The notes beneath the pieces are model-generated. The model made no database searches, was not told the origin of the DNA, and saw nothing but the letters and a program-made list of their open reading frames with translations. Shown in pieces: positions 34,801 to 46,254 of a DNA stretch of 64,000 nucleotides. The DNA is taken from assembly GCA_002269645.1 (NCBI GenBank), contig NIVC01000776.1, forward strand, positions 1 to 64,000, written 5' to 3'. The position numbers and the translations under genes were made by a program. Source of the stretch: Macrostomum lignano (taxonomy: Eukaryota). Within the stretch, counting starts at the first letter, position 1. Every line of letters starts with the position of its first letter.

Positions 34801-35357
34801 TCACCCACCCTGACCCAAGCAATCCTCGCCTACCCTGACCCAAGCAACTCTCACCCACCTTGACCCAAGCAGCTCACCCACCCACCCACTGCAGCAAGTG
34901 CTCAGCTACAGCAACTACATATTCAACCTCACGGAAGCCAACTTGGCAGGGCAGGGCAGGGAGCCAGTCTGGTTCCTTGAGTACAACACCACGGTGAGTA
35001 GTTGGGCTAATTAGTTTAAATTTACAAGCCACTCATTTCCCCAACAATGAAACTCATTCCTGACGATTGCCAGTCCGCCTACGACATGCAACTCGCCTTC
35101 CCACAAAGCTGGGCCGACCTGGTCCGGCGGTTCGAATCCGATGACAGCCTGTTTCAGAAATTCTACCGGTGAGTCGCTTTTTAGCTCTGAATTGCACTTC
35201 CCGAGCACATTCTCACAGAACCTTTCAAACATTCAGGTTTCACTACAAGCTGAATGTTCCCAGCGACCAGCCCTCTGTGTGTACCGGAAACTGCAAGCGG
35301 AAATTCATTTGTCATTTCCGGAATGCGCGCAAACATGACAAGACTTTTCCTTGTTAA
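25845..35357 (+). CDS. SMPD1: Acid sphingomyelinase, complete 12-exon gene (561 aa)
   Basis: Exons 25845-26010, 26830-26924, 27524-27818, 29997-30097, 30777-30946, 31028-31138, 32236-32316, 32405-32569, 33332-33518, 34895-34993, 35074-35168, 35237-35357. All GT-AG and phase-consistent (1686 nt). Signal peptide, saposin-B cysteines, proline-rich linker and metallophosphoesterase motifs SDVH, TGD, GNHE, GHIPP, GHTH. Confidence 0.95.
26080..26760. repeat. 49-nt minisatellite in SMPD1 intron 1
   Basis: Unit CCTACCACAGCCTCCACTGCACGCCCTACCACATACTCTACTCCCAGAG. Confidence 0.95.
26938..27516. repeat. 14-18 nt ACTGACTCACTCTC array filling SMPD1 intron 2
   Basis: Tandem copies run up to the acceptor at 27523. 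Confidence 0.95.
27820..28202. repeat. 23-nt GATGATGCTGGAGTCTGGGACAG array in SMPD1 intron 3
   Basis: Starts immediately at the donor GTGAG (27819). Confidence 0.93.
28325..29772. repeat. 12-nt GGCATAGGCAGT array (~120 copies) in SMPD1 intron 3
   Basis: Highly homogeneous; source of the IGSG, RQWH, PLPM and CHCL pseudo-ORFs. Confidence 0.98.
30160..30670. repeat. 31-34 nt minisatellite in SMPD1 intron 4
   Basis: Unit CAGCAGCCTCTCAAACTCATTCAGTGG(GAG)GACA. Confidence 0.95.
31240..32222. repeat. 15-nt CTCTCACCTCTCCGA pyrimidine-rich array in SMPD1 intron 6
   Basis: Tandem copies visible up to the acceptor. Confidence 0.95.
32632..33290. repeat. 16-nt GGCATGGATTCCCCAA array in SMPD1 intron 8
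   Basis: Tandem copies visible. Confidence 0.96.
33642..34888. repeat. 25-nt CCCTGACCCAAGCAACCCTCACCCA array in SMPD1 intron 9
   Basis: Tandem copies run to the acceptor at 34894. Confidence 0.96.
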
Positions 35358-35466
35358 AGCGGAACGACTTTACATTAATTTGCTTCATGGCTTAATTGCT
35401 CATAATTTTTGGAACAAATAAAATCATGCTTGAAAAATAGTAAAATGCTTCTTTTTTACAACTATC

Positions 35467-35969
<503 letters not shown>

Positions 35970-36282
35970 TCATCATCATCTTCTTTTTCTTCATCCCGTT
36001 CTCGCCCGAAGGGCATGGGACACCGATAGCTACGTTCCCCTGCACGTTTGTCTGTGTCTTGCCATATTAGTTTTGGACAAGTCTCGACCACAGCCTTCAC
36101 ACTTTGCTGTCTCTGCACGATACTTTCTAGCAGCTGTCCGACCCGATCATCTCCTTTCTTCACTATCTGTGTGTTTGGCCTTGTGTTTTTCGACGTCCGG
36201 GTCGGCTACTTCCGTCAGTCGTTTAGAAAAAGGGCCGGTGCGACAGTCCGGGGTTTCTCTCGTGGCTGTCGTCCGACCCGAT

Positions 36283-36320
36283 CATCATCGTCATCATCGT
36301 CATCATCATCATCAACATCC

Positions 36321-36394
<74 letters not shown>

Positions 36395-36421
36395 TTCTTC
36401 TTCTTCTTCTTCTTCTTCTTC
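36283..36421. repeat. (CAT)n(CTT)n compound microsatellite
   Basis: Directly visible. Confidence 0.95.
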
Positions 36422-37363
36422 TAACACGGTGCTATCAGGACCCACAAGTGCTTCAGTGTTTCTCTCAATTATGACAATAAAGTGCATTAATATTTTTATT
36501 TAAAAGGGCAAAATTTTTAATAAGTAGAAAAAAATTGCAAAAATTCCTGAGCAACAATAAACACGAGTGCCACCTCCTTATGCACCGATAGCTTCTAGTG
36601 GTCCCTGAGTAGTACTTGTTTCACTTCTCAGTCAGACCTCAGCCTCTCTCCTGCATCAACCAAGCGGCCCAGCTTCCCAGAGCAGTTTCAGTTATCATTT
36701 AGCTGCTCAGCCTGAGTCTATCGGTCACTGGGGACACGCACCTGATCCACTCTGATTCACCAATCTCATTATCTGCTGCACCTCATCGTCCCCTCCTCGT
36801 TGCCGGCGGCAACACGGCCTCCTGCTTCCAGAAGCCGAATTATTGCCTGGCGTTCATTTCCCGCCCAGCCTCCCGAACTTGCTAGTCCTGGGAAAACTGA
36901 TTAAATCTGCCTCCATAAGCTGCTCTTGCCATGGGGATTCTCGGCTTCCATTGGGAATTGGCGACTGCCGCTCTTCCGGGAGCATTGGCTGAGCAGCTCT
37001 GAGCCCTGAGCTTAAGTCCTTTTCTTCTAAAAGACGACAGAATCGCTAAGAACCCTAATAATGGCGGCTTTAAAGTTAACTTTTAAAGTTTTGATGGACT
37101 TCAAACTCTGCTCAAACTTTTCCGCAGAATAAACAGCTGGGACTCATGTATCCCGATCTATTTTTAGTACGATAGGCAACATCTAGCACGTAATTTGGCC
37201 CTGGGATAATTTATAAGCGCTTGCCCGGGCTGCAGCAACTGTTCCATGTAGAAGGCCTTTGGCAAAGCTCTGTGCTCCAGCCAATCAAAACGTGCCGGAG
37301 ATGCCAGGCTGGGCTGCATAAATCAGTCAGCGAAATTCAGCTCAGCTGAGTTCCCAGACTGCA

Positions 37364-40300
37364 ATGGCGGACACGTGCAGTGAGGGAATTCTATTGGAGG
37401 TGAGCAGCCTGCTTCTCTAATTGTCCAGCTAATAGCTTCCCTCATAGCCTATCTAGTAGCTTCCCTCATAGCCTATCTAGTAGCTTCCCTCATAGCCTAT
37501 CTAGTAGCTTCCCTCATAGCCGATCTAGTAGCTCCCCTCATAGCCTTTCTAGTAGCTCCCCTCATAACCTATCTAGTAGCTTCCCTAATAGCCTATCTAG
37601 TAGCTCCCCTCATAGCCGATCTAGTAGCTCCCCTCATAGCCTATCTAGTAGCTTCCTCATAGCCTATCTAGTAGCTCCCCTCATAGCCGATGTAGCTAGT
37701 AGCTTCCCTCATAGCCGATCTAGTAGCTTCCCTCATAGCCTATCTAGTAGCTTCCCTCATAGCCTATCTAGTAGCTCCCCTCATAGCCTATCTAGTAGCT
37801 CCCCTCATAGCCTATCTAGTAGCTCCCCTCATAGCCTATCTAGTAGCTTCCCTCATAGCCTATCTAGTAGCTTCCCTCATAGCCTATCTAGTAGCTCCCC
37901 TCATAGCCTATCTAGTAGCTTCCCTCATAGCCTATCTAGTAGCTCCCCTCATAGCCGATCTAGTAGCTTCCCTCATAGCCTATCTAGTAGCTCCCCTCAT
38001 AGCCGATCTAGTAGCTTCTCTCATAGCCGATCTAGCTAGTAGCTTCCCTCATAGCCTATCTAGTAGCTTCCCTCATAGCCTATCTAGTAGCTCCCCTCAT
38101 AGCCGATGTAGCTAGTAGCTTCCCTCATAGCCGATCTAGTAGCTTCCCTCATAGCCTATCTAGTAGCTTCCCTCATAGCCTATCTAGTAGCTCCCCTCAT
38201 AGCCTATCTAGTAGCTTCCCTCATAGCCTATCTAGTAGCTCCCCTCATAGCCTATCTAGTAGCTTCCCTCATAGCCGATCTAGCTAGTAGCTTCCCTCAT
38301 AGCCTATCTAGTAGCTTCCCTCATAGCCTATCTAGTAGCTTCCCTCATAGCCTATCTAGTAGCTTCCCTCATAGCCGATCTAGTAGCTCCCCTCATAGCC
38401 TATCTAGTAGCTCCCCTCATAGCCTGTCTAGTAGCTCCCCACATAGCCTATCTAGTCGCTCCCCTCATAGCCTATCTAGTAGCTCCCCTCATAGCCGATC
38501 TAGTAGCTCCCCTCATAGCCTATCTAGTAGCTTCCCTCATAGCCTATCTAGTAGCTTCCCTCATAGCCGATCTAGTAGCTTCCCTCATAGCCTATCTAGT
38601 AGCTCCCCTCATAGCCTATCTAGTAGCTTCCCTCATAGCCTATCTAGTAGCTTCCTCATAGCCTATCTAGTAGCTTCCCTCATAGCCTATCTAGTAGCTC
38701 CCCTCATAGCCGATCTAGTAGCTTCCCTCATAGCCTATCTAGTAGCTCCCCTCATAGCCGATCTAGTAGCTTCCCTCATAGCCGATCTAGCTAGTAGCTT
38801 CCCTCATAGCCTATCTAGTAGCTTCCCTCATAGCCGATCTAGCTAGTAGCTTCCCTCATAGCCTATCTAGTAGCTCCCCTCATAGCCTATCTAGTAGCTT
38901 CCCTCATAGCCTATCTAGTAGCTCCCCTCATAGCCGATCTAGTAGCTTCCCTCATAGCCTATCTAGTAGCTCCCCTCATAGCCGATCTAGTAGCTTCCCT
39001 CATAGCCGATCTAGCTAGTAGCTTCCCTCATAGCCTATCGAGTAGCTCCCCTCATAGCCGATCTAGTAGCTTCCCTCATAGCCTATCTAGTAGCTTCCCT
39101 CATAGCCGATCTAGTAGCTCCCCTCATAGCCTATCTAGTAGCTCCCCTCATAGCCTGTCTAGTAGCTCCCCACATAGCCTATCTAGTAGCTCCCCTCATA
39201 GCCTATCTAGTAGCTCCCCTCATAGCCGATCTAGTAGCTCCCCTCATAGCCTATCTAGTAGCTTCCCTCATAGCCTATCTAGTAGCTTCCCTCATAGCCG
39301 ATCTAGTAGCTTCCCTCATAGCCTATCTAGTAGCTTCCCTCATAGCCTATCTAGTAGCTCCCCTCATAGCCTATCTAGTAGCTTCCCTCATAGCCTATCT
39401 AGTAGCTTCCTCATAGCCTATCTAGTAGCTTCCCTCATAGCCTATCTAGTAGCTCCCCTCATAGCCGATCTAGTAGCTTCCCTCATAGCCTATCTAGTAG
39501 CTCCCCTCATAGCCGATCTAGTAGCTTCCCTCATAGCCGATCTAGCTAGTAGCTTCCCTCATAGCCTATCTAGTAGCTTCCCTCATAGCCGATCTAGCTA
39601 GTAGCTTCTCTCATAGCCTATCTAGTAGCTCCCCTCATAGCCTATCTAGTAGCTTCCCTCATAGCCTATCTAGTAGCTTCCTCATAGCCTATCTAGTAGC
39701 TTCCCTCATAGCCTATCTAGTAGCTCCCCTCATAGCCGATCTAGTAGCTTCCCTCATAGCCTATCTAGTAGCTCCCCTCATAGCCGATCTAGTAGCTTCC
39801 CTCATAGCCGATCTAGCTAGTAGCTTCCCTCATAGCCTATCTAGTAGCTTCCCTCATAGCCGATCTAGCTAGTAGCTTCCCTCATAGCCTATCTAGTAGC
39901 TTCCCTCATAGCCTATCTAGTAGCTTCCCTCATAGCCTATCTAGTAGCTCCCCTCATAGCCTATCTAGTAGCTTCCCTCATAGCCTATCTAGTAGCTCCC
40001 CTCATAGCCGATCTAGTAGCTTCCCTCATAGCCTATCTAGTAGCTCCCCTCATAGCCGATCTAGTAGCTTCCCTCATAGCCGATCTAGCTAGTAGCTTCC
40101 CTCATAGCCTATCGAGTAGCTCCCCTCATAGCCGATCTAGTAGCTTCCCTCATAGCCGATCTAGCTAGTAGCTTCTCTCATAGCCTATCGAGTAGCTCCC
40201 CTCATAGCCTATCTAATAAACAGTTTCTTTTTAAGAACAAAGATTCTCCGTTTACATGGAACAAAACATTTCAGTGTTTTTTGCCTGATTGCAAAATATT

Positions 40301-43300
40301 TTTCTGTTTTGAATGTTTACAAAAACTACAGCCCAACAGTCAGACACCAACCCCCGCCAGTACTCAGCTCAAAAATTTATTAGCATTCCTGCCAACCCTG
40401 CTAGTGTTGGCTCGTATCAATTTCCGTGCCAGATTTTGTTTCATGCCGGCACGAAGGCTGCAGTAATAATACACAGCAAGAGCAGCAGGTCCCGCAGCCC
40501 CATCGCATTAATTACAGCTCTGCCCAGGTGGGGGGGGGGGTTGCACCTCTGAGAGCTGGAAGCATTCGAACCGGCCAGAAGCCAAACAGAGGCTCAACTG
40601 TTTAGCAACTCGGCTTTTCCTGTTTAAGGGGACAAGAAATGTGATGCTGAAATCGAAGCTCGCTTAATGGAAGTTCCGACACCTGTAGGATAAAATCATA
40701 CGGGAGCTGGGGCTGAGCCTGGCAGAGTGGGATCGGCCAATGTTCTTTTGTGTCGGCTGGCAAGCAAGCAAAGGTCACAGCTGAGGACGCAAAGACAGAG
40801 TAGGTCGGCGGTAGCACTCAAGCCGAAATACCTCTCAGGCTCGCCTGAGGCTGAGGAACCCCCCCCCCCCAAGTACAGAAAGTCAGGGCCGCGGCACACC
40901 CTCTGAGAAGTGTACCCGCGTTCTCAGGCACGTATGCTCTTGCCTCCATTTCTGGCTGCGGGTCGCCTGTCGCCCAGGTACAAGAAAGGGGCTGTCAACT
41001 TAGTCCCGAAATAAAAGCGATGTATCAGAGCGGCGCTTCTCAACCTTCTCGGGCAATGAAGCGTTGGAAGTTCCGACAGGAAGATCTGCCTGGAAATTTG
41101 ACTGGCAAGTCTGGAGCTTGGACACCTGCATGGGTCTACGTGGCCGCCGTATTTTCTCTACGCGCCGCTCTGATGCATCGCTTCCACTTCGGGACTAAGT
41201 TTTGACACCCCTTTGCACGCGACAACAGGACCAAGGTCCGCGTCAGTGTGTGTCCACGCAGTCCAGAAGGTCCAGCAGGTTTGTCTGACGCTGCTTCAGA
41301 TGACATTCTTTCCTTCCACCTCTTTCGCAGCCGCTGACAAGCTCCGCACCCGCCCGCTGCCGCAACGGGTCCGAGGTTGCCGACACGATGCCGCCGCCGC
41401 CGCCGCCGCCGCCGATTTCAAATGCACTCTCGTCGACGGCGCCATCCGGCTCGACGACTCGCCTTGGAGCTCAGGGCAGCGAGCTGGGCCGCCTGTTCTG
41501 CAAGAACAGCTCGCTTCGCGGCGTCTCCAAAGTGGCACACAGCGGCTCGAGGTTCCTCCGCGCCCTCTGGCTGGTGTTCGTGCTCACGATGTTCCTCCTG
41601 CTGCTGTACTCCAGCTGCCGCATCATCAGCAACTACTGGGACTACGATGTGGCCATCCAGACCTCCATGCTGTTCAACAATGCCAGCGCCTTCCCCACCG
41701 TCACTCTGTGCAGCCACTACCCATTCTCGCATGGCGCTCACCGCCTGTGGCGCCGCGGCGGAGTCCTCTCGCCCAGCGACTTCAACCGGATGCTGCGCAA
41801 TCTCACCGGCCGGCTGTTGCTAGGCAACAGCGACTACCTGGCGCACAAGCTGACCCAGTACGACAAGCTGAGCGTGTACTACCAGAACCTGGAACCGGAG
41901 CTGGCCACTGAGATGGGGCACAAGGCCGGCGAGCTGCTGCTGCACTGCCTCATCATTCAGGGCAGCTACTCCTTTGTTGGCAAGGCCAGGGACTGCGGCC
42001 TCACCTTCAGCCTGGTGTCCAGCCCCAGGTACTTCAACTGCTACTCAGTCAGCCCGGCAGCGGACAGCCGCCAGGTGTCGGCCATGTACCTCATCCTGAG
42101 GCTGAACTCGCCGAGGAAACCCGGCCCGGATGAGGAGGCCTTCATCATGGACGTCTTCGACCAGGCGACTGGACTGCGCCTGCTGCTGCACGAGGAAGGC
42201 ATCTTCCCGGATGTGGAGCGCTCTGGGGTGCACGTGGAGCCAGGTGGGTTACTGCCAACACAGCCATGTAGTTGCAGTACACACATTTGGAATCTGCCAG
42301 CAATCTGCAATCTCAATCTGCAGCAGGATTGAGGATTGAGCTCTGTGTTACGTGTAGAATCTGCCAGCAGCTCTGTGTTACGTGTAGAATCTGCCAGCAA
42401 CTCTGTGTTGCAGTAGGAATCTCACAGCAGTTCTGTGTTGCAGTAGGAATCTCACAGCAGTTCTGTGTTGCAGTAGGAATCTGCCAACAGCTCTGTGTTG
42501 CAGTGGAAATCTACCAGCAGCTCTGTGTTGCAGTGGGAATCTGCCAGCAGCTCTGTGTTGCAGTGGGAATCTGCCAGCAGCTCTGTGTTGCAGTGGGAAT
42601 CTGCCAGCAGCTCTGTGCATAATTGATGAAGATTAAACAGTTTGCTATTCATCAATAGATGTTTCCTGAGTAACCCAACTCAACCGCGCAGGCAAAATGA
42701 CGGAGATTGCCTTCGACACGGTGTTTTGGAGTGAGGCCAACGATTCCCCAAACGATCGCTGCCAGGAGTCTGGGCTGCCCGTCATCACTGACCTGGGGGT
42801 GAACTACACCTACTCCTATGCGGCCTGCATTGACCAGCAGCTGAACGAGCGCATCATGGCCGAGTGCGGCTGCGTGCTGTCCCGGCTGCCCCGGCCGGTG
42901 CCGCGGCCCACCACCGCGCTGCCCTACTGCGGCCGCATCGACTACAACAATACCGCCGCCTTCTTCAAGTGAGTGCCATCGCCAGTGCGGGTGCTCAGCT
43001 GATGAGTGTCAGGGATTGCCAGTGCGGGTGCTCAGCTGATGAGTGTCAGGGATTGCCAGTGCGGGTGCTCAGCTGATGAGTGTCAGGGATTGCCAGTGCG
43101 GGTGCTCAGCTGATGAGTGTCAGGGATTGCCAGTGCGGGTGCTCAGCTGATGAGTGTCAGGGATTGCCAGTGCGGGTGCTCAGCTGAGTGTCAGGGATTG
43201 CCAGTGCGGGTGCTCAGCTGAGTGTCAGGGATTGCCAGTAGTGCGGGTGCTCAGCTGATGAGTGTCAGGGATTGCCAGTGCGGGTGCTCAGCTGAGTGTC

Positions 43301-44624
43301 AGGGATTGCCAGTGCGGGTGCTCAGCTGAGTGTCAGGGATTGCCAGTGCGGGTGCTCAGCTGAGTGTCAGGGATTGCCAGTGCGGGTGCTCAGCTGAGTG
43401 TCAGGGATTGCCAGTGCGGGTGCTCAGCTGAGTGTCAGGGATTGCCAGTGCGGGTGCTCAGCTGATGAGTGTCAGGGATTGCCAGTACGGGTGCTCAGCT
43501 GATGGGTGTCGGGGATTGCCAGTGCGGGTGCTCAGCTTATGAGTGTCAGGGATTGCCAGTGCGGGTGCTCAGCTGATGAGTGTCAGGGATTGCCAGTGCG
43601 GGTGCTCAGCTGATGAGTGTCAGGGATTGCCAGTAGTGCGGGTGCTCAGCTGAGATCAAGGATGTAAAGTGGAGAACTTGCCGGGAAATTAAAGAGAGCA
43701 TTTCACTCTGCTCAGCCTAGCCAGAAGGTAGGCATAGTTGCTCAATATCCCTGCCCCAGCCTGTTCCACTTGCCCAGTTGAGTAGTTTGGAGTGTCGCTG
43801 GCACTCGCCGTTCTATTTTGGAAAGGGAAAATGAAAAACTCGATCACTTATTACTTTACGTACAGCTCATCCGACACTCATCTGAGCACCCGCACTGGCA
43901 ATGACCTTCAAACCGTCCGGTCCAATTCCCGATCACATCTCGAAAATGCTGACGGAAATATTCCTGTAGCCAACATTTAGCAGCAAAATGACGAAATGAC
44001 TCATGATGGACTGGATTATTGAAGGCATTGGATTTCTCACAGCTTTCTCACGTGTTGCTGCTCACCTCTCGCCGATCGTGCAGCCGCCTGTACTGCCTGG
44101 AGCAGCTGGACGTCGGTGCCATCCGTCAGGCTGCCGACGGCGCCGTGTGCCGAAAGCGCTGCCAGAGGTTACTCTACGAGCAGGCGGCATCAATCACGGG
44201 CTGGCGCTACTCGGAGTTCCAGCTCCGCTGGCTGCTCAACCAGTCGCACAGCTGGGCCGGTCTTCTCAAAGCTGCAGCGATGGGTGACGCCGAAGAGCGC
44301 GAGCTGATGAGACGTCAAGTGATGGCCTACGTGCACGCCAACAGCCTGCGAGACGGCGCGCACCCGGGTGCCTCTCTCGACGCCAATAAAGACGACGACA
44401 AGCAGTTTGCGTTCATTGTGATTCGACGGAAAAGCGTGGACACCATCCAGAAGGAGGAGAAGCTGACTGTCACTTTTCAGGCGCTAGTGAGCCGCATCGG
44501 TGGCCTCTGCTCGCTGTACCTGGGTCTCACTATGGCCTTCTTTGTGGAACTGCTGGAGTTTGCCTATCTGGCATTTCGCCATTTAAGTAATCGCGTCTAT
44601 CTGGAGGCACCTGACTGCAGTTGA
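37364..44624 (+). CDS. DEG/ENaC (ASIC/FaNaC superfamily) channel subunit; predicted exons 37364-37399, 41331-42243, 42692-42968, 44084-44624 (588 aa)
   Basis: Phase-consistent GT-AG joins. N-terminal F-KNSSLRG, TM1 RALWLVFVL, FPTVTLC, FNCY, GLRLLLH, Cys-rich thumb (CIDQQL...ECGC; CRKRC) and TM2 IGGLCSLYLGLT..FVE. The 12-codon first exon is less certain; ATG 41388 is an alternative start. Confidence 0.88.
37430..40215. repeat. 24-nt TAGTAGCTTCCCTCATAGCCTATC satellite (~2.8 kb) in the predicted DEG/ENaC intron 1
   Basis: About 115 copies with recurring variant units. Confidence 0.97.
42345..42620. repeat. 30-nt minisatellite in DEG/ENaC intron 2
   Basis: Unit GAATCTGCCAGCAGCTCTGTGTTGCAGTGG. 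Confidence 0.93.
42980..43655. repeat. 34-37 nt minisatellite in DEG/ENaC intron 3
   Basis: Unit CCAGTGCGGGTGCTCAGCTG(ATG)AGTGTCAGGGATTG, starting about 10 nt after the donor. Confidence 0.95.
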
Positions 44625-45678
44625 AGCAAAATACACTGCATCTGAATCGCACACGACCTGTCGGAAAAATGATAATGCCTCAATACGAGCATAAGAGGCG
44701 CTTCAAGCGTGGCTCTGTGACATCCTTTTCCACGAGTAGTAAAGTCGTTTTTTGTCGTAATACTAAAATAGATCGTATATACTGATACTGATTGATTCGA
44801 CGGGTAAACTACGGCCGGGAGTGTCTCAAAATTTTCCTCACTGAGGTGACCATTTTTACAGGAATGCTCAAAGCTATTCATCATACTTAGCAATTTCAGA
44901 TCCATCATACACCTAGCTATTACTGTGTTAGAACAAATTGGTCAAATATTAAGAGTTTATGCACTCGTACATGTATGAGCTTACGTCCCAGGACCAGAAT
45001 CATTACTAATCATCCATGGAGCATGATCCATGGTTGATTCATAGATGGCCATGCAACAATCATACATGGATCATTTGTCCGCGTCCATGTTGAAATCATC
45101 CATGGATGCCTAAAGTGAAAAAATCTAGTTAACGTAACTAATAAGTTTTATTTAATTAAAAATTTTCTTTAAATGTATAAAGATGATGCTGATTTTATTG
45201 ATTTGTAAATCTTGAGTATATATTTGTTGTACTTTAGTTTACGCCATTTTTATTTTACGTTTTTAAACCATTAATTTTCTACGCCCCGGCCCGCTGCATG
45301 CATGCTCTTAACCTCATTACCTCAACTTTAAGCTCGAAATTTAACATTTGAGGTTGAGGCTTGTGCAAATAGCCAATTAGGTTAATCTAATATCTAATTA
45401 ATAGTTATTATTTCTTAGTTATTTGTATTAGTAAGACCAAGGCCTAGAGTCTGGCCTAAGGGCAAGGCAAATGACAATAGACGATATGTACTCAGTTTTA
45501 TTCATCTTTTTATAGCCTAACTTATAATTTAGCCAGTCTATTATTTTTACTGGCTAGGCGACCTAGCCTGTGGCCAAACCTATTTACTATATGTAATAAT
45601 TAATAGGCCTAACCCTAACCCTAATAAGAGTAAGACAAGCCTACTGCTGCCCTATTCTAGCCCTAGCCTAGGCATAGC

Positions 45679-46254
45679 CCAGGTTGCGGATGGTATGCAT
45701 GTACGCCGGAAAAGTTCCGGCGTACAAAACGGCCACCCTAAGTCCTTGGCGTACACAATCGGCGTACACAAACCCTGGCGCACTTAGTTGGCGTACACTA
45801 TTGGTGTACACAAGTAATACAGCCACGTATACTTTTTTGGCATACAAATTTTGGTGAATAAATTCATGCCGTGCATGAGAATTGTAATGTAAATTAATGT
45901 TTTTACGTAAAGTAAAGGAAAATTTCTATCGTCAGTGATAAACATTTTGCTTCTTTTAAGTTAAAATAAATAAAATTAGTGTAAAATTTTGCTGGAAGTA
46001 TTAATTTTGCATGATATTTTTTGTAGTTATAATTTAAGTTTGTTTAAATTGAAAATATTCGTAATATTTTAAAAACACTTTTCATGCGAAAGCCTTTCTT
46101 AGAAAACTCTACTCGTGAAAACCGAATGACCTTTTTTTAGGAATTTTTGGTGTACATTTTAGTGCAACTTTTTGTTTTTGGCGTACACTGGCGTACAAAG
46201 TCCTTGATGCCCAAATTTTTTCCGGCGTACACGGGTACATGATCCGCACACTGG
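45679..46254. mobile_element. Non-autonomous DNA transposon (MITE, hAT-like), 576 bp
   Basis: CCAG..CTGG termini with imperfect TIRs (GCGGAT..TGTACGCCGGAAAA at both ends), subterminal GGCGTACAC repeats, and an 8-bp TSD GGCATAGC at 45671-45678 and 46255-46262. Confidence 0.75.

Noticed and set aside
45609-45624. Telomere-like CCCTAA repeats
   Set aside because: Only about two copies, expected by chance in AT-rich DNA.
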